A stretch of 64,000 nucleotides of DNA, taken from contig JAHFFW010000002.1 of the NCBI GenBank assembly GCA_023247725.1, forward strand, positions 160 to 64,159, in the 5' to 3' direction. The position numbers were made by a program, and so were the translations under genes. Below are positions 32,508 through 42,815 of this stretch, in pieces; position 1 is the first letter of the stretch; each line of letters starts with the position of its first letter. This DNA is from Candidatus Omnitrophota bacterium (GTDB taxonomy: Bacteria > Omnitrophota > Gorgyraeia > Zapsychrales > JAHFFX01). The notes below the pieces were generated by a model, which was given only the letters and a program-made list of their open reading frames with translations, made no database searches and was not told the origin of the DNA.

Positions 32508-32588
32508 GAAAACCTTATTGCAGTCATCGGGATTATAAGGTAAACTTAAATAGCCTTCAGTAAATCATTCTTTTCTAGCCTAATAATA

Positions 32589-33593
32589 ATGATGCGATTA
32601 TCGCAAAAAGCCCAAACCATTCTCGAATACACCCTCCTCATCACTCTGGTTATCCTTGGGATTGTTGTCATGTCCCGCTATGTGATTTATTCCGTCAATG
32701 CCCATTTGAAGTCTTGGGACGATGCCGCCGAGGATGCAACGACTGATCCCATGATGAACTTTGATGATATAACCAGCCTGCCAGGTGTTGCCTGCACTTG
32801 CGGCAATTTTCTTCCGCAGGCCTGCGGTGTATCCACGTGTGCGCCGACCGAGATGTATTCTAAGAAATTTTGTACCCCCGCTGATTGCGGCTGTGTCAAT
32901 CCCGGTGATTGCGATCAATGTACAGCCGATCCTTCCTGCTGTACGAGAACGCCGAACGGAGGTTGTGGAGCTGGCGGTTGTGCCCCCACGGCTATTCTCA
33001 TGACCGTGACCTGCGGGACTAATCCGCCGTCTAATCAGTGTGAGGATTCGGAGACGTGTGGTCCTTTTAGCTGTCAGGGCCCGGTCCCTGCCAACGCAAC
33101 GCTTTGCCCAGGAGATAACACGGGTTTAACCAGCAATGACTTCAATAAAATTGTATCGGCATGCTCGGCGGCAAAATGCGAATACACCTGCGATGCCGGG
33201 TTCATCCTTGTTAATGGTGCGTGCGAGGAGGATACCGGCCCTTGCCCAGGGGGGCAAGTTCAATGTTGGTCTTGCAGCGCAGAGATTATTTTTAGCGAAG
33301 CGCCCAGCGGTTGTAGCGGTTTTAACGGTTGTGTGGGTAGAAACATCGTGGCGGTCATCGATCATATTTGCGCTGCCTGTCCAGCTCCTCCGACTTGTTC
33401 TTCTTGTGAAGGATTTTCGTTGGGTGGGGGATATATTGATGAAAATTTTGCTTGTTCGGCGGCCAGGACCGACGCTGAAACTCGCCCTTGTTCCGGGAGA
33501 AGTCAGCCGGTTCGGTGCGGATATGCCCAATATTCTGGAAATCCGGCTGATTGCATCTGCTCCTATACCTGTGAGAACTCCTGCGCTCGTTAA
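32589..33593 (+). CDS. Cys-rich prepilin-like protein
   Basis: KAQTILEY + hydrophobic helix, then ~270 aa of Cys/Gly/Pro-rich sequence. Confidence 0.8.
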   Translation: MMRLSQKAQTILEYTLLITLVILGIVVMSRYVIYSVNAHLKSWDDAAEDATTDPMMNFDDITSLPGVACTCGNFLPQACGVSTCAPTEMYSKKFCTPADCGCVNPGDCDQCTADPSCCTRTPNGGCGAGGCAPTAILMTVTCGTNPPSNQCEDSETCGPFSCQGPVPANATLCPGDNTGLTSNDFNKIVSACSAAKCEYTCDAGFILVNGACEEDTGPCPGGQVQCWSCSAEIIFSEAPSGCSGFNGCVGRNIVAVIDHICAACPAPPTCSSCEGFSLGGGYIDENFACSAARTDAETRPCSGRSQPVRCGYAQYSGNPADCICSYTCENSCAR

Positions 33594-33685
33594 AGAGGGT
33601 CTATCATTCGGAAGTTGACATTAACCCGACGAAAAAATTTGAAAAAACTTGTTTTTTCACAGAGCACCCAGTATACTTATTCATC

Positions 33686-34696
33686 ATGTTAAGAAGGGAG
33701 AGAGTTTTGAATAAAGCCAAACAATGTTTAGGATTGTTGGTTCCTTTGGTATTTACGCTTGCCACCTTGTCTGGATGTGATCAGATTTCGTCATTCTTCA
33801 ATAAGTCCGGTTCCAAATCTAACCTCAATAAAGAAAAAATTTCTTCAACTCCCGTCGAGTCTACACCGGTCCCTTCCCTGGCACCTCCTTCCATAGATTC
33901 TAATGTGCCTTTACCTGCTGATGTGCTGGCCAGGGTGGGCAATTGGACCCTCACGGCTAAAGATTTTGAAGAGCGCCTTAAGGGGCTTAAAGAAGTCTTC
34001 CCTGACTTCGATGTGAATGTTCCGGAAAATAAGCGGTTGATTTTAGAAGAATTGGTTCGCCAACAATTGCTAGTCAGGGAAGCGGAAGAGACTGGAGCTG
34101 CCAAAAAGAAGGAGATTGTGGATGCCGTGGAAGAATTTCGCCGGTCCCTCCTGGTTCGGGACGCGGCCACGAAATTGACCGAAGGCATCAAGGTGACGGA
34201 TTTGGAGGCGCAGGAATTTTATAACCAAAATAAAGACAACCCGGCATTAACCGAACCGGCGGAATATCATTTGCGCGAAATTGTGATGTCCACTCAGTCG
34301 GGCGCTAAAGAAGTTCTCGTCGATCTTTTAAAAGGAGCGGATTTTGCGGAGATGGCCAAGGCTCGCTCCAAAGGAAAAACGGCAGCCAATGGCGGGGACT
34401 TGGGGACGGTGAAGACTTTCGAATTTCCGCAAATGGAGGCGGCGGTGGCCTCGTTGGAAGCGGGAGATATTAGCAATGTATTCAAAGGGCCCAGCGGAGA
34501 TTACTACATCGTTAAGGTGGAAGAAAAAAAGGGTGGCAAACAAAAGGATTTTGCTGCCGTCAAAGAGGACATCATTACCTTTTTAACTCAATCCAAGCAG
34601 CAATCTGTGATTGAAAGCCACCTGAAAGAATTGCAACAAAAATATGGGGCAAAGATCAATGAAAATTTCTTGTCCGATAAAGGAGTAAAACCATGA
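33686..34696 (+). CDS. PpiC/PrsA-type peptidyl-prolyl isomerase lipoprotein
   Basis: Lipobox LSGC; GADFAEMAK..S, GGDLG, YYIVKVEE. Confidence 0.88.
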   Translation: MLRRERVLNKAKQCLGLLVPLVFTLATLSGCDQISSFFNKSGSKSNLNKEKISSTPVESTPVPSLAPPSIDSNVPLPADVLARVGNWTLTAKDFEERLKGLKEVFPDFDVNVPENKRLILEELVRQQLLVREAEETGAAKKKEIVDAVEEFRRSLLVRDAATKLTEGIKVTDLEAQEFYNQNKDNPALTEPAEYHLREIVMSTQSGAKEVLVDLLKGADFAEMAKARSKGKTAANGGDLGTVKTFEFPQMEAAVASLEAGDISNVFKGPSGDYYIVKVEEKKGGKQKDFAAVKEDIITFLTQSKQQSVIESHLKELQQKYGAKINENFLSDKGVKP

Positions 34697-35514
34697 ATAC
34701 CGATGATAAGAAAAAACTAGGTGTGATTATCCTTGCCGTGAGTGCCGGTATTGTGGCGTCGATTTTGGCCGGTAATTACATCAAGCAAAGTGTTCAGGAA
34801 CAAACGGCCTCGCTCGCCAAGGAATACGAAAAAAAGCGCAAGCAAGAAATGGATGCCCTGAGGCAGGATTACGAGCGTTTTAAAATGGAGACCGCTCAAG
34901 CCATTGCCCAGCAGCAGCAATTGGCGGCGACCTTCAGAGAGCAAGCGGGAAGCGCAAAAAATCAGCAAGTGATTACGCCCGCCCAACAGGCCTCGCTGGC
35001 GATTAAGACTCCGCCGGGAAAAAGAGCCATTACGATCCAATTGGATTCTTTATCGGCAGTTGGAGGAATGATTGGCGCTGGCGATTTTGTGGATGTCTTG
35101 GCTCATTTGAATGTGCCCAATCCTGCGGAGCCCGCAGCTAAAGAAACCGTGACCGTGATGGTTTTCCAAAATATTGAAGTTTTGGCCGTTGGAACAAGCC
35201 TGCAGTCGGTTCCCGGCCAGTATCCCTTGCAGCAACAGTCGACTAATCTGAATGTCACCTTCGCGGTTGAACCAGAGGAAACTGGTTTACTGACCTTCGC
35301 CCAAAGAAATGGAAAACTGCAGTTAGTTCTGCGCTCGCCCCAAGAATTGGAAACGCGCATGCTGCAGGCCGCGAATTGGCAAACGCTCTCCGATTATGTT
35401 TTAGAAAAACAGGGAACCGATATCAGCGCTCCTAAATCCAAGGCTTTGATCGAACCCGCTGCCGAGGAGGTCAAACCCTTTATTCAAATCTTCCGGGGAG
35501 GAAAGTCATTATAA
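34693..35514 (+). CDS. cpaB: Flp pilus assembly protein CpaB/RcpC
   Basis: PPGKRAITI, VGG.I..GDFVDV, QNIEVLAVG, VTFAV, LQLVLR. Confidence 0.9.
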   Translation: MNTDDKKKLGVIILAVSAGIVASILAGNYIKQSVQEQTASLAKEYEKKRKQEMDALRQDYERFKMETAQAIAQQQQLAATFREQAGSAKNQQVITPAQQASLAIKTPPGKRAITIQLDSLSAVGGMIGAGDFVDVLAHLNVPNPAEPAAKETVTVMVFQNIEVLAVGTSLQSVPGQYPLQQQSTNLNVTFAVEPEETGLLTFAQRNGKLQLVLRSPQELETRMLQAANWQTLSDYVLEKQGTDISAPKSKALIEPAAEEVKPFIQIFRGGKSL

Positions 35515-35526
35515 TCGTTAGGAGTC

Positions 35527-37839
35527 ATGGTCATGGAAATTATGCTTAGACAGTCGAGAAGAATCGTTTTTTGCATCAGCCTCTTAGCATTATCTGCATG
35601 GTTGGTTTCTTCATCCGCATTGTTTGCTCAAGATCCCATCGATCCAGGACCGACGCCGGAAAAATCGGTGGAGCAAACCGGCGGCATGGTCGCTAGAGAT
35701 GTCAAGAACAACGAAGATATTTACATCATACGGGGCGATTTGGAAGCCATTAAGGTTTATGCCTTGACGAGGATCTCGGTTACGAATCCGGAAATTGCCG
35801 ACATAGCCAACGTCGATAGCAATCAGGTTTTAATGTTGGCTAAAAAGTCGGGACGAACGACCCTGATTATTTGGGATGAGTATGGAAAGCGTTCGATTCT
35901 TATTCATGTGTTTGAAGAAGATTTGGACTTGGTTTATCGTCGTTTAAGTCAGATGTTAGAAACCCTGCGCATTGAAGGGGTGAGTTTGGAAATTAATAAA
36001 ACCGAAGGCAAGGTCGTAGCGACGGGTCGGATTCCTCCCGAAAAAAAGGCGGAATTTGAAAAGGCTCTGGATCCTTATTCGGCCAGTGTTCTCAATTTGG
36101 TTAAAACCTCGCCGGTGGATGATTTGATTCAAATTGATATCCAAATTGCGGAGTTAAATCAAACCCTCAGCAAATCGATCGGGATTGAATGGAATAGTGC
36201 CGTGACCTACGCGGAAAGAAACTTCGTAGCCAATGCGGCGCGAGATATTTTTAAAGTAGGGCCTTTAAGTCGTACAACTCAGATTATCGCCACGGTCAAT
36301 GCCTTAATTACGGAAGGCAAAGGTCGTATTCTTTCTAAGCCTAAACTCGTCGTGATTAATGGCAAGGAGGCGAGTTTCCAGGTCGGAGGGGAGATTCCGA
36401 TTTCCACAACCACGACGACATCCGGCGGCAACGTCCAGCAAAATATCGAATTTAAGGAATATGGCATCACCCTGACCGTTAAACCCACGATCCGCGACGG
36501 GAAAGTCGATGTGATTTTGACGGTGGAGGTCAGCGACATTGATGAGGCTAATGCGGTAGGACAAAATGTGGCGTTTACAACCCGCAATGCTCAAACCCAA
36601 ATCCTTTTGGATAATGGTCAGACGGTGGTTATTGCGGGTTTGATTAAGCAACAGGGAGGCGAGGAGATCAGAAAGGTTCCTTTCCTCGGCGACATTCCCA
36701 TTGTTGGGATGGTATTCCGTAAGCGTAGAACGCCCACCCTTAATCAGGACACGGAATTGGTTATTTCTTTAACGCCAACGATTATTCCCCAAAGAGAGTC
36801 CACCCGGAGTGTTGCCAAAAAGGTTGTTGAAACGCCAACAGAGGCGGGGCCAGGAAAACCAGAATTAATGGAAATCTCTCAAGGTTCTACCGAAACACCG
36901 GCCGAATCCACGGGAACGTCCGGTACCGTGAAAGAGAATACAGATGCGCCGTCGGCGAGCGTGGGAGAGACTCCCCCAAAAATGGAACCTTCTGTCCAGG
37001 CTCCGGCGCCTTCTGCACAAGTGACTCAACCCTCGACGGCAATGACCGAGCCTGCGCCGGAAAAGACCGCCCCGGTTGCTAATGAAAATGCTCCCGCGCT
37101 TGGGAAGATACAGGAGCCATCACCCGAAGGAGAGAAGGCTTCTGAGGTTGCCGCCGTCTCGGAAGAAGCCACCAAGGTTCCGGCCGAGATGGCTCCTTAC
37201 ATTCAGTCCATCCAGAAAAAAATTTCTGAATCCGTCGCTTATCCTTATGAAGCCAAAGAAAAAGGTTGGGAGGGGACGGTGAAATTGGCCTTGCATATTT
37301 TAAGAGATGGAACTTTAGCCGATGTCACGGTCAAGGAGTCATCTGGATATGAGATTTTTGATAATGATGCTTTGAATACAGCTCAAATTTTAGCTCCTTA
37401 TGCCGCTTTTCCGACGGGAATGAAGTTGGAAGAATTGATTGTCACGATTCCAATTGTTTACAGTCAGAAGGCGGCATTGCAAGAAGGAGTTTGCGAACCC
37501 AGCGTTCAAGTAGACGACAATGCCGCTGCAAGGGTTTTTCTTCCCGGTGGAATGGCTTATTCCGAGATGATCCAGAAGCGGCTTGCTGAGTCCATTGTTT
37601 ATCCAGAAGAGGCAAGGGAAAACGGCTGGGAAGGGACGGTCAAATTGACCCTGCAAATCCTTCGCGACGGAACCCTAGCCTATGCCTCCGTGAAAGAATC
37701 TTCCGGTTACCAGCTATTTGATGAATGCGCATTAAAGACAGCCAAAAGCCTGGCACCTTACTCTGAATTTCCTACCGAATCTGAACTTCAGGAAGTCAAT
37801 CTCACGGTTCCGATTGTCTACAGCCTCAAACATAATTAG
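35527..37839 (+). CDS. cpaC: Tad secretin (RcpA/CpaC) fused to two TonB C-terminal domains
   Basis: ISVTNPEIAD N-domain; ILSKPKL, GGEIP, FKEYGI, KVPFLGDIP secretin motifs; Pro/Glu linker; 2x YP.EA...GWEGTV.L.L.ILRDG...V.ESSGY..FD..AL. Confidence 0.88.
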   Translation: MVMEIMLRQSRRIVFCISLLALSAWLVSSSALFAQDPIDPGPTPEKSVEQTGGMVARDVKNNEDIYIIRGDLEAIKVYALTRISVTNPEIADIANVDSNQVLMLAKKSGRTTLIIWDEYGKRSILIHVFEEDLDLVYRRLSQMLETLRIEGVSLEINKTEGKVVATGRIPPEKKAEFEKALDPYSASVLNLVKTSPVDDLIQIDIQIAELNQTLSKSIGIEWNSAVTYAERNFVANAARDIFKVGPLSRTTQIIATVNALITEGKGRILSKPKLVVINGKEASFQVGGEIPISTTTTTSGGNVQQNIEFKEYGITLTVKPTIRDGKVDVILTVEVSDIDEANAVGQNVAFTTRNAQTQILLDNGQTVVIAGLIKQQGGEEIRKVPFLGDIPIVGMVFRKRRTPTLNQDTELVISLTPTIIPQRESTRSVAKKVVETPTEAGPGKPELMEISQGSTETPAESTGTSGTVKENTDAPSASVGETPPKMEPSVQAPAPSAQVTQPSTAMTEPAPEKTAPVANENAPALGKIQEPSPEGEKASEVAAVSEEATKVPAEMAPYIQSIQKKISESVAYPYEAKEKGWEGTVKLALHILRDGTLADVTVKESSGYEIFDNDALNTAQILAPYAAFPTGMKLEELIVTIPIVYSQKAALQEGVCEPSVQVDDNAAARVFLPGGMAYSEMIQKRLAESIVYPEEARENGWEGTVKLTLQILRDGTLAYASVKESSGYQLFDECALKTAKSLAPYSEFPTESELQEVNLTVPIVYSLKHN

Positions 37840-37863
37840 ACCTTAGGGAAAGTCAGTATTGTC

Positions 37864-40029
37864 ATGGATTCTCGGACAATCACGATTTTTAGCAATAAGG
37901 GTGGTGTCGGTAAGACCTTTGTTACGGTTAATTTGGCTACGACCTTGGCGCTTAATGGAAAGCGCGTTTTCCTTTTGGACATGGATTTTCAGGCGGTCCA
38001 AGATATGGCGCGCATGCTTAATTTGGCCCCGCGTTATGCCGTCGTGGATATGCTGCGCGACGTCGAGGAATCGTCCGACCCGAACATCATCAAAAAATAT
38101 GTGATCTCTCATTCCAGTGGCTTGGATTTTTTGCCCGCCGTTATTCACACCAAGCAGATCGGCCACATCACTCCAGATAACATCAAACCGTTTTTAAAAA
38201 AAGCCGCTCAGGCCTACGATTATATCGTCATTGATGCAGGCAAGGCCTTTAGTGAGACCCTCATAACGGTCCTGGACTATTCCAACTTAATTTTTTTAGT
38301 CGCAACCCCCGATATCCTGGCGGTCTACCAGATCCGTTGGGCCATGGAGGTCTTACAAAGCCTGCACTTCCCTTTGAAGATGGTGAAACTTATTCTCAAT
38401 AGAGCCGAAAGTCGAGGTGGTGTGGCATGGCAGGAAGTGCGTTCAGCCTTGACTTGTGAAATCTTTTCTCGAATTCCGTCGGATGGAAGGGCCGTTGGGA
38501 TGGCGCTGAACCGCGGAATCCCTCTGGTGATCGACAGTCCCAAAAGTCTAGTGGCCGATTCCTTTAATGCTATGATCCGGGATTTGTCCAGGGACGGGAT
38601 GTTTGTTCAGGCAACGGAAGTTGCGAAGTTAAGGACGACGGAGGATTTGGTCAAACCCGGCGAGTTTTGGGAAAAATTTGGTGTTTCTTCCGGTGCAGCT
38701 AAGGCGGGAGTCTATGCCGGCTATTCGGCGGAAGAAGATGAAATTATAAAATTGAAGAAAAAGATACATGAAAAGCTCGTCGATCGGCTTGATATCAAGG
38801 ATCTTTCCGCCGAGGCATTGAGTAATCCCCAGCAATTTGCCAAGATTAAACAAAATGCGGAAAAAATTGTCAGCAACCTTCTCACCGAAGAGGCTGGGGC
38901 CATGATTTCCTCTCATGAAGAACGTGCCCGGATGGTCAAAGAGGTGGTTAATGAAGCCTTGGGGTTGGGCGCGATCGAAGAATTCCTCGCTGATCCGGAA
39001 GTCACCGATATCATGGTCAATAATAAGGAAGAGATTTACATCGAGAAAAATGGCAAATTGATTTTAACGAATAAACGGTTTGTTTCTGAAACTCAAGTGA
39101 GAACTGTTATTGATCGGATTGTCGCGCCTTTAGGTCGACGGATTGATGAATCAGTTCCCATGGTGGATGCGCGTCTGCCCGATGGATCTCGGATCAATGC
39201 GGTGATCCGGCCTATTTCCCTCAACGGCCCGATGATCACCATCCGTAAATTCAGCACTGAGCGTTTGACCGTTGAAGATCTCCTTCTCAAATATAAAAGT
39301 TTGTCGGAACCGATGGGAGAGTTTTTAAATGCTTGTGTATTAGGGCGCAAGAACATCATTGTTTCGGGAGGAACTGGCGCGGGGAAAACCACGCTTTTAA
39401 ATGTTATTTCGTTGTTTATTCCTGATGGAGAAAGAATTATTACAATCGAAGATGCTGCGGAGCTTAGGCTTAAGGCCCATAGTCATTGGGGCCGCATGGA
39501 ATCCCGGGTGCCCAATGTAGAGGGGAAAGGCGCGATTACCATTCGCGATTTATTTATTAATTGCTTGAGAATGCGCCCGGATCGCATCATCATCGGTGAA
39601 TGCCGCGGGGCTGAGGTCATGGACATGCTTCAAGCCATGAACACGGGTCACGACGGCTCCTTAACGACCGTACACGCGAACTCAACTAGAGATGTATTGG
39701 TGCGCTTGTGTTCTATGATGCTTTTATCCGGCATTGATCTCCCTTTACGGGCTATGCACGAGATGATTGCCTCGGCTATTCACCTCATTGTCCATGTGGC
39801 AAGATTCTCCGATGGGACTCGTAAAATTACTGGTATTACCGAAGTGGCTGGCTTGGCAGAAGGGTATCAGCTCAATCTTAAGGATGTTTTTACTTTTGAC
39901 CGCCAAGGGATTGACAACGAAGGGCGCGTGATCGGTCAATATAGGGCCACGGGTTATATCCCCACTGGTTATCAGGATCTCGTAGCGCGCGGAATTCCCC
40001 TCGACAAAGCCATTTTTACTCCCAGATAA
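37864..40029 (+). CDS. tadA: CpaE/MinD-like ATPase fused to TadA/CpaF ATPase
   Basis: N-terminal KGGVGKT deviant Walker A; C-terminal DARLPDGSR, SGGTGAGKTT, LRMRPDRIIIGECRG, AMNTGHDG. Confidence 0.92.
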   Translation: MDSRTITIFSNKGGVGKTFVTVNLATTLALNGKRVFLLDMDFQAVQDMARMLNLAPRYAVVDMLRDVEESSDPNIIKKYVISHSSGLDFLPAVIHTKQIGHITPDNIKPFLKKAAQAYDYIVIDAGKAFSETLITVLDYSNLIFLVATPDILAVYQIRWAMEVLQSLHFPLKMVKLILNRAESRGGVAWQEVRSALTCEIFSRIPSDGRAVGMALNRGIPLVIDSPKSLVADSFNAMIRDLSRDGMFVQATEVAKLRTTEDLVKPGEFWEKFGVSSGAAKAGVYAGYSAEEDEIIKLKKKIHEKLVDRLDIKDLSAEALSNPQQFAKIKQNAEKIVSNLLTEEAGAMISSHEERARMVKEVVNEALGLGAIEEFLADPEVTDIMVNNKEEIYIEKNGKLILTNKRFVSETQVRTVIDRIVAPLGRRIDESVPMVDARLPDGSRINAVIRPISLNGPMITIRKFSTERLTVEDLLLKYKSLSEPMGEFLNACVLGRKNIIVSGGTGAGKTTLLNVISLFIPDGERIITIEDAAELRLKAHSHWGRMESRVPNVEGKGAITIRDLFINCLRMRPDRIIIGECRGAEVMDMLQAMNTGHDGSLTTVHANSTRDVLVRLCSMMLLSGIDLPLRAMHEMIASAIHLIVHVARFSDGTRKITGITEVAGLAEGYQLNLKDVFTFDRQGIDNEGRVIGQYRATGYIPTGYQDLVARGIPLDKAIFTPR

Positions 40030-40032
40030 GTC

Positions 40033-40386
40033 TTGGCTATCCTCAATCTTACCCGCAACACCATCCTCAGTACAAAAGTAACGATTGCTCAGACAACCTC
40101 TCAACGGATGCAAGGGCTGCTTGGTCGTAAATCCATGGGGCTTGATGAGGCCTTAGTCATTTTCCACTGCCAAGCCATCCACATGTTTTTTATGAATTTT
40201 TCAATCGACGTGATTTTTGTGGGTAAGGAAAATCGGGTGGTTGGATTGGTGGAAAATATTCAGCCGTTTCATCTAAGCCCTATTTTTTGGCGTGCCGATA
40301 AAGCCATCGAAGTAGCCCCGGGCACAATCAAGTCGTCTTTAACCTCTCTTTTTGATCTTCTCGTCATCGAAGGTCAAGCCAACTAA
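40033..40386 (+). CDS. DUF192 family protein
   Basis: R.QGLLGR, IHMFFM.F.IDVIF. Confidence 0.85.
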   Translation: MAILNLTRNTILSTKVTIAQTTSQRMQGLLGRKSMGLDEALVIFHCQAIHMFFMNFSIDVIFVGKENRVVGLVENIQPFHLSPIFWRADKAIEVAPGTIKSSLTSLFDLLVIEGQAN

Positions 40387-40406
40387 TCTCTTCATAGGCA
40401 AATAGC

Positions 40407-40619
40407 TTATTCGTTTGATTCCGCTTCATCGACCCAACGGTGACAGTATCGGCAAATAATAGATTCCACAAGAATATCCATCCCGCAGAAGATGCATTTT
40501 TTTTTGTCGGTTGGTTGGTAATCAATATCCAAAAGATCCTCAATTAAAAATTGGTTGCAAAAAGGACAGATGGACGGCCTAGAATCGAGGGATTCGAAAC
40601 AGTAGGGGCATCGTTTCAT
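40407..40619 (-). CDS. Small double zinc-ribbon protein
   Basis: Four CxxC motifs (CPYC, CPFC, CIFC, CRYC); GGAGG SD. Confidence 0.75.
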   Translation of the reverse strand: MKRCPYCFESLDSRPSICPFCNQFLIEDLLDIDYQPTDKKKCIFCGMDILVESIICRYCHRWVDEAESNE

Positions 40620-40712
40620 GGAGCCTCCAGATTGAGTGCTTACCTCTCATTAAACACTCAAGACATTCGCATTGCAAGAATAATTGCATAGATTTTTATA
40701 GCGGATATGAAC

Positions 40713-40776
40713 TTGACGCCATTAATATTGGTGTGATACTATAAAAATGTCCAATTAAAATCACATTTGTCCAATT
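40713..40776 (+). promoter_or_regulatory. Promoter with tandem TGTCCAATT operator-like repeats
   Basis: TTGACG-18 nt-TACTAT with extended TG; TGTCCAATT at 40748 and 40768. Confidence 0.6.
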
Positions 40777-40782
40777 TGACCC

Positions 40783-42720
40783 ATGGGCGTTGTCCATAAA
40801 CTAAGACAAGAGGTGGTTGATTTTATTATCACCTTAAAAAAAGAAAACCCTTCACACAGTTGCCGGGGGCTCGTCGGCCTAATCCAGCAAAGATTTCAAA
40901 TTGAGGTTTCCAAATCATCGGTTAATGCAGTCATTAAAGGGGCCCAATTGAGCAGTTCTATTGGAAGAAAATTGGGCTCCGGAAAAAAGCAAAATAAATT
41001 TAAAATTCCAATAGAAAAAAAACAACAACTCTTTTCAATTGATGTCAAAAAAATACCATCGTCTCCATCAGAATTCCCTGTTTCATTCCCTTCCCCCACC
41101 CCAGACATAAAAGAAGTTACCCATTTAAGTGCAGAAACCGTTAATGAAGGAATTTTTTTAAAAGCACCAGCATCAGAGCAAGAAATTGAAAAATACGTTG
41201 CTAAAACCGACGCTCCTTCAAAAAAAGCAAAACAAGGAGCAGCAATTACAAAAGGTGTTAAGACTCAAAAAGAATTTTTTCCGACGGAGAAGAAGGATGG
41301 AAAAGGGTTCACTGCGATTGAACAGATTGAACGCTATGAGAGTCCAATGCCGACCGCTTTGCCAGATAATAATAATTCGTCGGTCAGAATGGCCGAACCT
41401 TTATTCGACTGCATGGGAAGCATTTTTTTGCGAGCGGCAGAATGGGAATTAGGCGTCTCATCGATTTGGGGACCCTTATTGAGTAAATTTATTCCACGCA
41501 TCAATACGGATATCCACACTTTAAGTAGTTTGCTTCTTTATTCCAGATTATTTGGTATTGAAGAGCCAGATAAAATTGACAATTATCCGCAATCAGAGAT
41601 TTGCTCCCTTTTAGGCATAAAGAACGGGATTGATGCTCATGACTTCTTTATAGTTTTAAAAGAGATTGAAAACAATGCTTCCCTGAGATTAGGACTGACT
41701 ATGGAACGAATACAACTTTTTTCAGAAGTGAATTTTTTGAAGCTCCAATTAGAGGACGGAAGAGAAGTCTTTTTGGATGCTCAGATGCATTCCATTTGGA
41801 ATCAGGATATACCGCCTCAATTTTGTTGCCCTTCAAATAAAATAATGTCCATTCTAATGAGCAAAATAATTGATAATGTCCAATCTGTAATAATTCAAAA
41901 AATTCCTGAGGACGCCAATTCATCCCATTTTTCGGATTTTATACAAGGTTTTGAAAATTTCCCCGGAAAACGAATTAAGACAATTATCCTGTATGATTCC
42001 CAAAAGCGCGAATTTGCCAATTTTCCTTATTTGCTGAACAAAAGAAGACATTTTATCATTGGATTGTGGCCATGGCAAAAAGAGTTTGCCCAATTGTCGC
42101 AAAGTTTGGAAGAAAAATCGCCGATAACAATGATGAATGAAAAATTCTTTTATGATGTGAAGGAATTAAATTTGATCACGCAAATGGGGCAACCTTTGTC
42201 CAGCTTGCGAGTATTTTGTTTGTATTCGACTCAATCTGATTCCCCTTTCCTCGCCGTTGCCACCAATATTCTCGACGATAAAAATAAGCCGGAAAAAATC
42301 ATATCGGAATATTGCAGCCGCTGGCCAAATTGGCAATGGGAACCGGAGTTGTTTATTCCTCGCGCGATCTCGGCTGAGCCCTCTCTCAATCTTGAAGAGG
42401 AATTAAACCTGAAATCTTCGCAGCAATATGAACAGTCGAACTTAAAGGCAATTCAACAGCTATTGCTTAACGATTTGAATACACACTGCAAAAAATATTT
42501 TTTCCCTCCTTATTACGCCGATTTGGGATTCGATGAACTTAATCGCCGATTTTATCAAATAAAAGGTTCTTTACAGCAAAGTCAAAACCAATTGAAAATT
42601 AAACTGATTCCTCCGAAGAGCTTTCCATATCATCAGGATCTCATGTGGGCAGCTAAAAGGCTCAATGAAAGTGCGATCGTGAGCCCAGAGGGGTTAGCTC
42701 TAACCATCTCAGTCAATTGA
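40783..42720 (+). CDS. HTH protein with transposase-like C-terminal region
   Basis: N-terminal SCR.L...I..RF.IEVSKSSVN HTH; low-complexity linker; ATN...PEKII.EY.SRW motif. Confidence 0.65.
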   Translation: MGVVHKLRQEVVDFIITLKKENPSHSCRGLVGLIQQRFQIEVSKSSVNAVIKGAQLSSSIGRKLGSGKKQNKFKIPIEKKQQLFSIDVKKIPSSPSEFPVSFPSPTPDIKEVTHLSAETVNEGIFLKAPASEQEIEKYVAKTDAPSKKAKQGAAITKGVKTQKEFFPTEKKDGKGFTAIEQIERYESPMPTALPDNNNSSVRMAEPLFDCMGSIFLRAAEWELGVSSIWGPLLSKFIPRINTDIHTLSSLLLYSRLFGIEEPDKIDNYPQSEICSLLGIKNGIDAHDFFIVLKEIENNASLRLGLTMERIQLFSEVNFLKLQLEDGREVFLDAQMHSIWNQDIPPQFCCPSNKIMSILMSKIIDNVQSVIIQKIPEDANSSHFSDFIQGFENFPGKRIKTIILYDSQKREFANFPYLLNKRRHFIIGLWPWQKEFAQLSQSLEEKSPITMMNEKFFYDVKELNLITQMGQPLSSLRVFCLYSTQSDSPFLAVATNILDDKNKPEKIISEYCSRWPNWQWEPELFIPRAISAEPSLNLEEELNLKSSQQYEQSNLKAIQQLLLNDLNTHCKKYFFPPYYADLGFDELNRRFYQIKGSLQQSQNQLKIKLIPPKSFPYHQDLMWAAKRLNESAIVSPEGLALTISVN

Positions 42721-42815
42721 ACCCGCAATTTTTGTCCGCTCTACCTTTTTCTGACAATATTCTCGGTTTTGTTTATTTTTCTGCACAATTTTTCCTGTCC
42801 ATAAAAGATTGTCTC

